Assembly (NCBI RefSeq): GCF_009914755.1
Contig: NC_060938.1
DNA from: the human T2T-CHM13v2.0 reference genome, Homo sapiens
Direction: 5' to 3' (one strand)
DNA: 64,000 bases
Position 1 is the stretch's first letter, and each line of letters opens with the position of its first letter. The position numbers and the translations under genes are program-made. Below, piece by piece: positions 1 to 14,960 of this stretch. The notes below the pieces were generated by a model, which did not search any database, was not told where the DNA came from, and saw only the letters and a program-made list of their open reading frames with translations.

Positions 1-136
1 ATCAATATATACATTATACTAGAAACATGGCCCAAATTATTTGGAGTATTTTCTAAAGTAAAATATATTTATATATATCTTTCAAAGAGTCAAGATTATT
101 GTCCTCTTTCTCATCTTATTTGATTTTTAAACTCCT

Positions 137-578
137 GGTATTAGTCAGGGTTCTCCAGGGAGACAGAACCACTAGGATGTCCACATATGTAGAAATAGAA
201 TTATTATAAAATATTAGCTTGGATGGTTATGGAGGCTAAGTCCCATGACCTGCAGGGTGAGTGAGTAGGCAAGCTGGAGATACAGGAGACCTGATGGTTT
301 AGTTCAAATACAAAGGCAGAAAAAAGTTGGTGTCCAGCTTGAAGGCAGTCAGGCAGGAAGGATTCCGTCTTACATATGGAAGAGTCAGTCTTGTTCTATT
401 CAGACCTTCAGCTGACTGTATGCCCGCATTAGGGAGGGCAATCTTTTTTACTCAGTCTACCAATCCAAATGTTCCTCTAATCCACATACATCCTCACAGA
501 CACACCAGAGTAATATTTTTCCAAATATCTGGGCAACCTGTGGTTCAGTCAAATGGACACATAAAATTAATCATCATA
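137..578 (-). mobile_element. MLT2 (ERVL) solo LTR
   Basis: Starts GGTATTAGTCAGGGTTCTCC and ends ACACATAAAATTAATCATCATA, the reverse complement of MLT2 termini; near-TSD CTCCT/TTCCT. Confidence 0.85.
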
Positions 579-819
579 TTCCTAAATATCACTATGCGGG
601 GGTATAAATTTTTAATTAGAAATTAGTGAGAATACATCATAAAATTGCTGTGTGGGTTAAATTTAAAAATGAATGTAAAGCAGTTAGCAAAATGCCCAAA
701 TCATGGTGAGATTCCAATAACTGTTAGCTAGAGTCACAGCCAAGAGCAGTGGTTTTCAAAGTGAGCCCTGACATCAGACTCTCACACCCCTATCCCCAAA
801 AAAAAAATCTTTGTTCTGT

Positions 820-985
820 TCTTTGCTGGCTGTGTGATTTTGATCAAGTCACTAAATATGGCTCAGTCTCAGTTTTCTTGAATGCAAAGTACAATAATAA
901 ACCTACTTTACTGGGTTGTGGTGAGGATTCATTAAACTGAATGTCCGACATCAATTTAGAACAATGCAGGCACATATTAAGCAAA
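820..985 (+). mobile_element. MIR fragment
   Basis: GCTGTGTGATTTTGATCAAGTCACT...CTCAGTTTTCTT...GGTTGTGGTGAGGATT resembles the MIR core; boundaries approximate. Confidence 0.7.
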
Positions 986-1469
986 CAGATATTGGGTAAT
1001 CTTGGTAACACAAAAGCAAACATATTTTACTTTTGCAAAGAGACTTTAATTTTCTTCTTATTGAAACCTTGAAATAAATCAGGAAGGAAGATACTATGAT
1101 CATCACTATTTTACAGAAGAATGAGAGTTACATTGAACGAGTTGCCAGGGACCATTTAGTGATCAGCATTCCTCCCACATCTTACTGGTCTGCTCTTTTA
1201 TTCCCCCAGCGCATTGATGGCTTCCCAAGATAATTAGGAATATTTAGAAGAGCTATGGGTCCTAATCATCTCATTTTGGGAAATCCAGGTATTTATTCAG
1301 TGCTATCAATTGAGGAACTATATGCTTGACAACTCCAGATCAAGGGAAATATTGTGGAAATGGTGTGGATTGTAATGTCCTTCCTGTTACTCACTTTTGA
1401 GTGATATCCGCTACCTGACGCCCAACCCACACATACCACCTAGCAAAAGGCAGATCTTTTTCTTTGCAT

Positions 1470-1670
1470 ATTATTTAGCACTCACTATGTTAGGCATTCT
1501 ACTAAGCCCTTTACATATAATATCCTCTTTAGTCATAATAACACACTGTGATTTAGGAACTGCTATTATTACCACTTTAAATATGAGGAAATGAGGCTTA
1601 AGAGGTTTCTCTGAGATCACAATGAAAATAAGTAATAAATCCAGAATCTGCATTTCATCACGCTGTCTCC
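1470..1670 (-). mobile_element. MIR fragment
   Basis: TTATTTAGCACTCACTATG...ATGAGGAAATGAGGCTTAAGAGGTT; boundaries approximate. Confidence 0.7.
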
Positions 1671-1711
1671 AGAATGCTGTTTCCTAGGCAGCCATGCCTA
1701 CTTTTGCACTG

Positions 1712-3030
<1,319 letters not shown>

Positions 3031-3661
3031 TTGTCCTCTTATTCCTGGAATTCTTCAAGAACCCCCTCAGGCATCACTCTCTCAGTAAAGATCTTCTGGA
3101 CTTTATTAACATGGGCTTCAGAAAGCTATTGCAATGTTTGTACTCTTTAAAATCTTTCTCATGCCTGCTTCCTCCATCAGTGTATCACTGCCTCCGCTTA
3201 TTCACTTTTGTATGATTGATCAGTCCTGACACAGACTCATCATATGCCAAATAAATGTGTGACAGTAGAAGACAGAATTAGGAATCCTAGTTTCATCTTT
3301 AATCCTTACGAGATACCTAGTAATCATACAACTTCAGCTTGCCATCACTGAGCTTGTTTCTTCTTTTATTGAAAAAATATTATACTTATTGTATGCAACT
3401 TTTGTGGTTGCTGTATTACATAAGATAATAAATGTGAAATGTACAAAGAGAGGTACCACTATGTAGCTATAATCAATATTTCATCATTTAAAAAATAAAC
3501 CAACATTAAGTCTATATAACAGTCATTTATTGCCACTCATTATACAAATAAGCCATTAATTTCACACTTCACAAAGAATATACTTTACAGTGTGTAAAAG
3601 TCATACAGGAAAATGAGGATCAGAACCACTTGGGATTTTCAAAGAAATGAAATGCACATAA

Positions 3662-3694
3662 ACACACACACACACACACACATACACACACACA
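3662..3694. repeat. (CA)n microsatellite, one interruption
   Basis: Direct reading. Confidence 0.95.
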
Positions 3695-5201
3695 AAGCCA
3701 ATAAATAAGGTTAAATATTTCTCTTCATTAGGAACTGTTGTTTTCCTCTCCAAATAAGTTAAAACACTGAAAAAGATAATAAATATTTTTGTTCCTATAC
3801 ATCTTACATTTTCAAAGCATTTGTCTTATTTGATTTAGATTATATGTCATTAAGTGGGTAGAAATATATACCTTTCTATTTTACATCTTAAAAGTTAGAA
3901 AGATTAAATAACCTTCATAAAGAAACAAGTCGATATCAAGGTCAGGACTAGTGATTAATATTAATAACTTCCTCTCTCAAAATTTGACCATGGCCACTAT
4001 CCATAACAAAACTTGAAAAAACACAATTGCCTCCAGTCTTCTCTATTTGAAAGTTAAATTACAGAAATGACTTAAGTATTGGGCATTGAGGATGAAACGT
4101 AAGATCATTCTGTTCATGTCTTTGCTCTTACCCATTAAAAACATCATCTAAATTGAGCATTTCTACAAGTTCCCATTATGACCATGTCATGTATTCTGGA
4201 TTATACCTTTATACACACATTCAATGTATACTTCTATAACCTACTATTGATTTGGCATTTGCTTAAAAGTAAGCAATAAGGTACTGTATATTGTTATAGA
4301 CTAAAGAAAATCCATAAGCAATCCCAAGAGAAGAATATCCATTCTACTTCTTGAAAGCAATACATTGTCTATAAAATGTGTTTATGTTTGGAATCTAAAA
4401 CTTTAGATGACTGTCTCTTCAATGCTTTCTGAAAATTCTGTGTATTAAACTCCTACATGTATCTCTCAGCACATGTACATGCACACATACATATGTACAC
4501 AAAAAAATCCTATAAAGGGAAAGATAACATAAATAATCATATAAGGAAATTCATTTTTAAATCCTCCAAAATGTGCACTACCACTATCAAATTTGTGATT
4601 TGGTGAAATAGTTCTGAATTCACCAAGTAAGCAACCTACACTCATAGTCAGTCTTCAGAATAATTCCTAGCATTCAAAACTTCCCTAAAAATAAAATGAT
4701 TAACAGACTTTTTTGTTGTTCAAATCATGCTGTTATTAGTCAAATCAGTTATACAATCTATTGGGTCATCCCATCAATAATTGACCTAAATATTTCTCAC
4801 CCTCCAATCATCCAGTTGAACAAAGCAATTGTAGTACAGATATAAGATCAAAATATAGAGAATGTTTTCCTATTCCTGATGTTCCTCTAACATATAGCCC
4901 CATACTTTTCTGATATTATTTTATATATAAAATAGGTAAAATAAAAAATAAATATGCCATTAATAGAAAATTCAAATTATTTTTAATCTCATAAAATGAG
5001 GAACCTAGAATCTTATAAGAACTCAGGGGGGGAAGTTTGATACCTTATTGAAATGAACAATAATCCAACTTTTTTTTGACAAATCCTAGAAGCTCACAAT
5101 AGCCAATTATTCAATGGCATAGTCTCCTCAAATTCTAGCTCACGTGACACCTTCTCCTTCTATTAAAAATATGCATATGAAGAAAAGTACTAATGGTATA
5201 C

Positions 5202-7485
5202 TGATATAGTTTGGCTGTGTCCCCACCCAAATCTCAACTTAAATTGTATCTCCCAGAATTCCCATGTGTAGTGTGAGGGATCCAGGGGAAGGTAATTGAA
5301 TCATGGGGACTGGTCTTTCCCATGCTATTCTCATGATAGTGAATAAGTCTCAGGAGATCTGATGGGTTTATCAGAGGTTTCTGCTTTTGCTTCTCTCTCA
5401 TTTTTTCTTGCCACCACCATGTAAGAAGTGCCTCTCACCCCCACCATGATTCTGAGACCTCCCCAGCCATGTGGAACTGTAAGTCCAATTAAACCTCTTT
5501 TCCTTCCTGGTCTTGGGTATGTCTTTATTGGCAGTATGAAAACAAACTAATACTATAAATTAGTACCAGTAGAGTGGGGCACTGCAGAAAAATTACCCAA
5601 ATATGGAAGCAACTTTGGAACTGGGTAACAGGCAGAGGCTGGAAAAGTCTGGAGGGCTCAGAAGACAGGAAAATGTGGGAAAGTTTGGAACTTCCTAGAG
5701 ACTTGCTGAATGGCCTTGCCCAAAATGCTGATAGCGATATGGACAATAAGGTCCAAGCTGAGGTGGTCTCGGATGGAGATTAGGAACTTGTTGGGAACTG
5801 GAGTAAAGGTGAGTCTTGTTATGTTTTAGCAAAGAGAGACTGGTGACATTTTGCCCCTGCCCTAGAGATTTGTGCAACTTTAAACTTGAGAAAGATGATT
5901 TAGGGTATCTGGTGAAAGAAATTTCTAAGCAGCAAGGCATTCACAAGATGACTTGGGTAATGTTAAAGGCATTCAGTTTTATAAGGGAAGCAGAGCATAA
6001 CAGCCTGGAAAATTTGCAGCCTGACTATGAAATAGAAAAGAAAAACCCATTTTCTGGGGAAAAATTTAATCTGGCTGCACAAATTTACATAAGTAGCAAG
6101 GAGCCCAATGTTAATCCCCAAGACCATGGGGAAAATGTCTCCAGGCCATGTCAGAGACTTTCACGGTAGCCCCTCCCATCATAGGCCCAGAAGCCAAGGA
6201 TGAAAAAGTGGTTTCATGGGCCGGGCCCAGAGTCCCAGTGCTTTGTACAGCCTAGGGACTTGATGCCCTGTGTCCCAGCCACTCCAGCCATGGCTGAAAA
6301 GGGGCAACATACAGCTCGGGCTGTGGCTTCAGAGGGTGGAATCCCCAAGACTTGGCAGCTTCCACGTGGTATTGAGCCTGCAGGTGCACAGAAGTCAAGA
6401 ATTGAGCTTTGGGAACCTCCACCTAGATTTCAGAAGATGTATGCAAATGCCTGGATGCCCAGGCAAAAGTTTGCAGCAGGTGTGGGGCCCTCATGGAGAA
6501 CCTCTGCTAGGGCAGCATGAAAGGGAAATGTGGGGTCAGAGCCCCCACAACAGAGTCTCTAATGGGGCACAGTCTAGTGGAGCTGTGAGAAAAGGGCCAC
6601 TATCCTCCAGACCCCAGAATGGTAGATCCACAGAAAGCTTGCACCATGCACCTGAAAAAGCCACAGGAACTCAACACCAGCCCATGAAAGCAACCAGGAG
6701 GGAGGTTGTACCCTGCAAAGGCACAGAGATGGAGCTGCTCCAAGACCATGGGAACCCACCTCTTGTATTGGCATGACCTGGACATGAGACCTAGAGTCAA
6801 AGGAGATCATTTTGGAACTTTAAAATGTGACTGAACCACTGGATTTAAAACTTGCATGAGCCTTGTATCCCCTTCATTTTGGCCAATTTCTCACATTTGG
6901 AACTGCTGTATTTACCCAATACCTGTATCCCCATTATCTCTAGGAAGTAATAGCTTGCTTTTGATTTTACAGGCTTATAGGCAAAAGGATCTTGCCTTGT
7001 CTCAGATGAGACTTTGGACTGTGGACTTTTGGGTTAGTGCTGAAATGAATTAAGACTTTAGGGGACTGCTGGGAAGGCATGATTGGTTTTGAAATGTGAG
7101 GACATGAGATTTGGAGGGGCCAGAGGCAGAATGATATGGTTTGGCTGTGTCCCCACCCAAATCTCAACTTGAATTGTATCTTCCAGAATCCCCACGTGAT
7201 GTGGGAGGGACCCTTGGAGAGGTAATTGAATCATGGGGACTGGTCTTTCCTGTGCTACTCTCATGATAGTGAATAAGTCTCAGGAAATCTGATGGGTTTC
7301 TCAGGGGTTTCTGCTTTTGCTTCTCTCTCATTTTCTCTTGCCGCCACCATGTAAGAAGTGCCTTTCACCTCCTGCCATATTTCTGAGGCCTCCCCAGCCA
7401 TGTGAAACTGTAAGTCCAATTAAACCTCTTTTTCTTCCCAGTCTCGGGTATGTCTTTATCAGCAGTGTGAAAACAAATGAATACA
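5202..7485 (+). mobile_element. Full-length THE1A provirus (5'LTR 5202-5554, internal 5555-7131, 3'LTR 7132-7485)
   Basis: Two ~354-bp LTRs starting TGATAT(A/G)GTTTGGCTGTGTCCCCACCCAAATCTCAACTT with THE1A-type sequence; 1.58-kb MaLR internal region; LTRs differ at about 11% by hand count; TSD degenerate (TATAC/TCTAT). Confidence 0.95.
5574..6800 (+). pseudogene. Disrupted MaLR internal ORF remnant of THE1A
   Basis: ORF pieces 5574-5783, 5816-6169, 6200-6520, 6270-6776 (KMWESLELPRDLLNG, FCPCPRDL, SSRPQNGRST) are collinear, broken by stops at 5781, 6167, 6518 and frameshifts; the same peptides occur in THE1B on the minus strand. Confidence 0.8.
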
Positions 7486-8548
7486 TCTATCGTCTTAAGG
7501 ATGGGGGGTCAAGGCTTTGGCTAGTTTGCTAGGTCCCTTCACAGCTAATCTCAAAATCATAGCCCTGTGGCTTTCTAAACACCCACTAGAAATTGTACCT
7601 TGTACCACGTTAGAGTTATATTGTGTCTGATGATCAAAATATGGTACACAAAAAGATCCTATGTTCGTATACCTATATATATTTTTTAAATATTCAGCAG
7701 TCTAGAAGAAAATTTTTAAAACTCAAAAATACTTAATGAATAAGATATCTGATCAGTTATTTATCATCATTTCTTTTAATTTCTGGAAGATGTGTCTTCT
7801 CTTCAATCTGAGGAACCACCATGCTGAATATGTTTAGGGACAGGAATTGATTAGAAAACTTAAATACCATTATCAAGTCAAGGTTTCACTTCCAATGTTA
7901 GCTTAGAAAACCAGAATCAAACTCCTATTGAACAGCAAAAGTAATTAATCCTTCTATATTCTCCTCAAGTGCAATTATAGCACTAATGCGGAAGAAATTT
8001 TTTTCTGAACATTTTCACAGCACAGTTTTCAAATTGCCTACAATAGACATTCTATTTTTTAAAGTCACAGTAGTACCTAGGAAATTAGAAGACTTTGTGT
8101 GTTCCTTTTTTGCATGGGGCGGGTTAATATTGCTGTCTTCTTGTTTGCAAACTTTATTTATTCTACTAATAACGTGGAGAGCCAGTCAACAACAAAATAC
8201 TTGAAAATTAATTACATGGTTTCTGAAGTCATATTCAGCTGCACAACCAAACTGTAGGGCCCTGGAACAAGGTAGATTTGTCTCTCATTCTCTGAGAACT
8301 TTGTAACTAATCAATTAATCCCAAACCAATTTTCAAAGGGAAATGTTAAAATTTAAACAGGAAAATGTCTACCTCTGTATGCAAGTGGAAAGATGCATTT
8401 GTATTTATCTGTGTGTGTGTGTTCTATGTATTTTACTTGTTTATGTCTATACAAATTTGTGTACATACACATACAAAAATATTCAGGATATATGTTTATT
8501 CATCCATTCATTTAGTGAATGTCTATTGAATGATAAGTGTTAAATTTT

Positions 8549-9439
8549 AGTATCATTGAGCTATTGCCACAAAAGTGCTGCTCAATAAAATGCACAAAAC
8601 AGAGTGGTTTAAAACATAATATTTTACTATTATAGCTCATGTGTCTGGAGGTCACTGAGGGATCTACTCATCTAGGCTGGGCTCAGCAGCCCTCAGTTGT
8701 CTTGATCCTGTTTGTGAGCTGGTTAGCTCACTCCCACATGTATAGGTAAATCAAAGGCTCATGACTACAGCGAAAGTACAAAATGGAAAGCAACATTATG
8801 CAAAGACTTTCTGAGGCCTGTGCTCAGAACTAGCATGCCATGACTATGCCTTATTTTATTGGCAGAAGCAAGTCACATGGTGATATAATTGGGATATTTG
8901 TCCCCACCCAAATCTCATGTTGAATTGAAATCCTCAGTGTTGGAGGTGGGGACTAGTAAGAGGTATTTTGATCGTGGGGCGGATCCCTCGTGAAGGGCTT
9001 GGGCCAAGCACTTGGTGGTAAGTGAGCCCCTGCTCTGAGTTCAAATGATATCTGTTCTTTCAAAAGTGTGTGGCACCTCCCTGCACTCTCTTTTGCTCCC
9101 ATTCTCATCACATGATATGCCTGCTCCTTTTTTGCCTTCTGCTATGATTGGGAGCTTCCTGACGCCTCCTCAGAAATAGATGCTGCTCTGCTTCCTGTAC
9201 AGCCCACAGAGTCATGAGCCAGCTTCCTGTACAGCCCACAGGGTCATGAGCCAGTTAAACCTCTTTTCTTTATAAATTACCCAGCCTCAGGTATTTCTTT
9301 ATAGCAATGCAAGAACCGCTTAATACATATGGGGTAGGGAATTAGATTCCACCTCTCTCAGGAGGGGAACTTCAAAATCACATAGCAAGAGGAGTTGATA
9401 CAGAGACAGATAAAGGAGGCACAGCTGCAATCTGCCACA
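8549..9439 (-). mobile_element. MLT1 (H/I-like) LTR interrupted by an MST LTR
   Basis: AGTGGTTTAAAACA...GCAAGTCACATGG before the insert; GGTAGGGAATTAGATTCCACCTCT...CAATCTGCCACA after it. Confidence 0.7.
8881..9327 (+). mobile_element. MSTA/MSTB-type solo LTR with internal 32-bp tandem duplication
   Basis: TGATAT...CCCACCCAAATCTCATGTTGAATTG to CAGGTATTTCTTTATAGCAATGCAAGAACCGCTTAATACA; near-TSD CATGG/TATGG. Confidence 0.9.
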
Positions 9440-11250
9440 TATCCCAGTACTCCCCTTAGATGTGGAAGTCCTTAGCAGTAGCCAAAAGAAGTATAATGAT
9501 AATCTGGGGTGAACAACACGTTTAAATTTCTGTTTCAATATCCAGTTCTCAAGACATATTTCCTGATCCAACACAGCTGATAAGTCCTCATGTGTTTATG
9601 GGTAAAAATACGTATTCTCTTAATGCACAACATTGGGAGAGAAAGGAATTTGTTCCCTTTCTTGCTTACCCATGAATTCTGCAGAACATCACACAACAGG
9701 GCATTTGGAAACAGACAAAACTTGTATTCAGAGACACCTCCCCCACCTCTTACTCATTGTTTACATCCATTTGGGGTGTTAGAAATATTTGCTGGAAATT
9801 CTGTCAATGTTGCTTTCTCTAAATTTGCAAAAATTCCTATCCCACGTAGAGAAGTCTCATGGAGTGACTGAAAAGATCTTTATCTATGTTAGGAACTTGA
9901 CAGCTGAAATAACAGAATGTAAATCCAAATTCTTCTAGCATGAAACTCATGACACTTTTAAGTCCTCATTTCTCTCCTTCTGCTTAAACTGAGCTCTACT
10001 AGGAAAAGCCCCTGGGGAACATCGGTTCCTGACTTATTTGGCTTAGTTTGAAAACTGCCAGATGCCACCCAGGATACTGCATTAGGATCCTGCCATAAAA
10101 CTTCACTTTGTGCTGACTCAATTTCAAATGAGCCATGAAGTATTACATTCTTGAGAAGTGGAAGAACTTTCACTGGCTTTTCGGCAGCACATCAGCTGAA
10201 GTCATAGAAGAAACAGCAAAATAGGTCATAATGGATTCGGGGCTGTGTTTATAACCTGGACAACAACTGTCACTTTGTGTTTGGGGAATTGTTCCAGAAT
10301 ACGAAAACTGAATGTTAAGGTGTTGAACTGTGAGAGGTTGTCATATGAATAGGCAAGTGATTTTCTGACCAGAGCACAAAGAAGCTGTGACCAACTAAGA
10401 CAGCCCTCGTGCCTCACCACGAATAGAGTTGTTTAATTGGTGACTGGATGTTCAATTGTGAGTTGGCCAAAAATGGGTCTCTTGCTTGCTATTTGTTTGC
10501 ATCTTTCCAGCACTGGGTGTTTGGTGTGTGTTTTAATATCTAAATTTAAAGATGCGCATGGCACTTAACTCACAGTGGAAAATGCTTTCCAGCTGGCCCT
10601 AGCCATCAAATGCAAATATGACTTCAGCTCAGCACACTTCTGATATTATAATTGGCATGTATAGAAAATGAATTCCCACACAAAGTTATCATTTGTGGCT
10701 CCAACAGAAGCTGATAAAATACTTAATAGACTTTTAATAGAGCTTCTGAGACCCAGATCATGAAAAAGTAAGCATGCCATGCCATTCATTCTCTAACTTT
10801 CCATTGGCAGTGTGAGGCTTTCCAAAAAAAAAAAAAAAAAAAAAAAAAGATTCACAGAGGTTTTTCTGTGGTGTTCACTTACAGATTGGATGAAAGCCTC
10901 GTGCAGCTGACAGCTTTTGTTAATAACTTTCCTCAGTAGAGAGGCAGGGTCACCAGATAGAAACAGCTAGAGGGAATCTTGCAAAAGCAGGCAAGATGCT
11001 AAAAAGTGGGCTGGTATGGAAAGCTCTTTAATGGCAAAAAAAAATGTGTATAAGGAGCAAGGCAAGTTTTAACTAAACCTGGGCTTCAGAATTAGGAAAT
11101 AAGAAAATGAAAGGAAAAAAACTGTCTTTACTGAATAATTGTTCTCACTGCAATATTCTTTTTCTCAAAATAACTAAATTACTACTTCATTTCTTTAAAA
11201 ATTTTATCGATTGAACTATGAATTATATAATCTCAATGTTACCTTCTATG

Positions 11251-12140
11251 TCTGGTCAGTAGAATAATGTCCCTCATCTCCAAAGATGTCCGTGTCCTAT
11301 CTCCTAATCACAAGAACCTATGAATACGTTGCTTTACATGGCAAAGGGACTTTGAGGATGTCATTAGAGGTAAATATTTTGAGATGCAAAGATATCCTGG
11401 ATTATTTGGGTGGGCCCAGTATAATCATAGGAGACTTTAAAAGCAGTGAATCTTTCCCAGCTGAAGAGAGGTGCTAAGATAAGAATAACCAGAGAAATGC
11501 CATTGCAGTCTTTGAGGATTGTTTTAGTTCGCTAGGGCTGCCATGACAATATATCTGTCTTAAACAACAGAGATTTATTTTTTCACAGTTCTAGAGGATA
11601 GATGTCCAAGATCAAGATGTTGGTGGGTTTGATTTCTCCTGAGGCCTCTCTCCTTGGCCTGCAGATGGCCACCTTCTTGCTGTGTCTTCACATGGCCTTT
11701 CCTCTGAGCACATGCATCCCTAGCGTCTCTTTCTCTTCTTATAAGGACACCAGTCACACTGGTTTAAGACCCCACCATTAACAGCCTCATTAACTACCTT
11801 CTTAAAGACTTTATCTCCAAATATGGTTTCATTTTTAGGTCCTGAGATTAGTGACTTCAACATGAATTTTGGGGAACATGTTCAGCACATAACATAGATG
11901 AAAGAAGAGTGTCATGAGCCAAGGAATGTAGGTGGCCCGAAGAAGCTGGAGAAGGCAAGGAAATGGATTTTTCCCTAGAGCCTCCAGAAGGGAAAGCAGC
12001 TCTGATGATGCCTTAGTTTTAACCCAGTGAAAACCATGTCAAATTTCTAACCTACAGAACTATTAGAAAATCAATTTATGTTGTTTTAAGCCACTAAATT
12101 TGAGATTTTTTTGTCATGTTAGTAACAGAAAGCTAATGGA
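11251..12140 (+). mobile_element. MLT1D-like LTR interrupted by MLT1A/B
   Basis: TTACATGGCAAAGGGACTTTG before the insert; AGAAGCTGGAGAAGGCAAGGAAATGGATT...GTTGTTTTAAGCCACTAAATTTG after it. Confidence 0.85.
11520..11894 (-). mobile_element. MLT1A0/MLT1B-type solo LTR nested in MLT1D
   Basis: TGTTTTAGTTCGCTAGGGCTGCC...TTCAGCACATAACA; degenerate TSD AGGAT/TAGAT. Confidence 0.85.
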
Positions 12141-12239
12141 ATGTCAAAACTTAAGGACCAAATAAATACATCTTGAGACCCTACTCTGTATCCATCTATT
12201 ATTATGGGCAGTAATCTACCTCAAAAGGCTAGTGTCCAT

Positions 12240-12696
12240 TTCCACTTGTTCCATAAAAAACACCCCAAAACACAGTGGCTGAAAATATCACTCATTTATT
12301 TTGGGTCAAATGTCTTAGTGAGCTGGGATTAGACTGCTCAAGGGAAGGTAGTTTTGGGGGCTGGTGAGGCTCTACTTCTCCTTACAGGTCTGTGAGTTAG
12401 CTGAGGTGGCTTTGCTCCACACATATCCTTAATCTAGGACCAGCTAGCTGCCAGACGTGTTCTTATCATAATGACAGAGACTCAAGAGAACAAGCCTATA
12501 TACCTCTTAAAGTCAAATCTTAGACTGAAGTACTGTCACTTCCAACCACATGCCTTTGGCCAAATATTGTCACATGGCCAAGTCCAAAATCAAAGGGCAG
12601 AGAAATATACTCTGCTCATAATGACACCCATAAGAACATGTCAAGAACATGGATGCAGAGAGAGGTGAGGATCTGGAGTCATAATGCATTCTACCA
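12240..12696 (-). mobile_element. Old MLT1 LTR (I/J-like)
   Basis: CACCCCAAAACACAGTGGCT...GTCACATGGCCAAGTCCAAAATCAA. Confidence 0.65.
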
Positions 12697-13086
12697 GGGA
12701 TGCTGGTCCAGTTGCAGAGATAACTAATAAATATGAGACAACAAATGTGACTTGTATAATAGAGGGTGAAAGTACTGATGTACTAGGAAGTATAAACTAA
12801 AAAAGTATTATCATATTGCCTGTTCTTTTGCTTATATCTAAAATGTATCTGCTCTGTCTTGCACATATATGGAAAAACATTTCACCATGTTCATATTAAA
12901 AAAATGGGGAATATAACAAGGAATTTAGTGGTCTTAAATTGAAATTGAATTTAATACTTGTTTTCATAAGAGATCCCAAATATTCTTAAAACCAACAAAT
13001 AATAATCATACGAAATATCTGAAGTTTTGTTTGAATGGAAGAGAATAAGCTTGGAAAATTCTGACTCAAAATATTAAATTACTTTC

Positions 13087-13591
13087 TGTAGTAAATTGCA
13101 AAGTGGCCACAAAATTATCCCACCCTTATTTGCATGCTCCTTTGCAATATGACTTTGCAGCTCCTCCAATCAGAAAAATTGAGCCTTTTTTTCCACCTCT
13201 AAAATCTGGGTATGGCCGTGTGATTTGCCTTAGCCCTGGGACATTAGCAAACGTAAAGCAATTAGCTTTAAAAGCTCTTGAACATTGGGCCTGTTTCTCT
13301 CTTGCTGTGGGACCCCTTCCACAACGAGGTGAACAAGCATGGGCTGTCCTCCTAGAGGTAGCTGGAAAACCATGTCAAGAGAATTAATGGCCATTCCAGG
13401 TGTCCAGTTGTTCCATCTGAGGGTGCAGACATACAAGTGAGGTGATCCTAGACTACTGAGCCCCAGCCAAGCTTGTCCAAACCAGAAGAACCAATAAGCA
13501 ACCCATAGAAGCATAAGGAATGATAAATGTTTGTCCCATTAAGACACTAAATGTTGGGATAGTTTGTTATTCAAAAACTGCTTACTGGTCA
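13087..13591 (+). mobile_element. MLT1H-like LTR
   Basis: TGTAGTAAATTGCAAAGTGGCCACAAA...CCTTTGCAATATGACTTTGCAGCTCCTCC...CACTAAATGTTGGGATAGTTTGTTA. Confidence 0.75.
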
Positions 13592-14405
13592 ACCCCCCTG
13601 GCAAGTGAGGTCTTGTTGCTGACAAGTGTAAAAAGACCCAGAATTCAAACCCAAAACATTTCAGTCCCAACCTGGGGGACTGAGAGCTCTTAAAAGGTGG
13701 CAGAATTCATGTGCACAGCTCTGTAATACACATGTACACCATGCATTGTCTATAATAATATTGACAATGGCAATATTAATCATAGGTATCACACTCTTGC
13801 TATGTATCTAGAAGTGTATTAATGGTGTGCCTTGATTATTTCGTTTAACCCTAAGCACAAACCTAGGTGGTGGGTCTTATTACCTATTTTACAGATGAGG
13901 AAATTCTCAGAGGTAGAAACTTGTCTTGTGTCACCAACCAGCCACCTGACACTTGAGCACACACTCTTAATAAATATCCCTCACTGAGTAAAAAAATGCC
14001 TTGTGCATAAAGATACTAATATTTCTCAAATGTGCATAGATTGCATTGTGATGCATAAAATATAAAGATATTTAATGATACTCCTGGTTGTAAAATAGCA
14101 TTTAAACGCTGTTTTATTTTTACATTAACATGGCATTATTATATTCAAATAACTGTCAGATCAATTTATCTATTTTTCCTTACCTATACACAGAGCCAGA
14201 TAACTGAGATTCACTAATTAATATATTTATATATTTCTTTAACAGAAAATTATTAATCCTCTCCTATGCAAAATTTTCTTTAAGAAATAGGTATTTTTGT
14301 AAATTTTGAATTTCCTCTTCCCCCTAATTTTGTAGATTTTTTGATAGTCTCAAAGTACATGTCAGTAAAACATGCAAATACAAAATATCTTTACAGTAAT
14401 ATCTA

Positions 14406-14960
<555 letters not shown>

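Noticed and set aside
5458-5470. PRDM9 hotspot motif CCTCCCTNNCCAC in THE1 LTRs
   Set aside because: THE1A LTRs read CCTCCCCAGCCAT; THE1B LTRs read CTTCTCCAGCCAC and CTTCCCCAGCTAT. None is the hot allele.
5574-6800. Cluster of 70-170 aa ORFs as a possible gene (also 48334-49768)
   Set aside because: Standard THE1 internal ORF remnants with several stops and frameshifts.
10824-10848. A25 tract as a retrocopy tail
   Set aside because: No TSD or recognisable upstream body.
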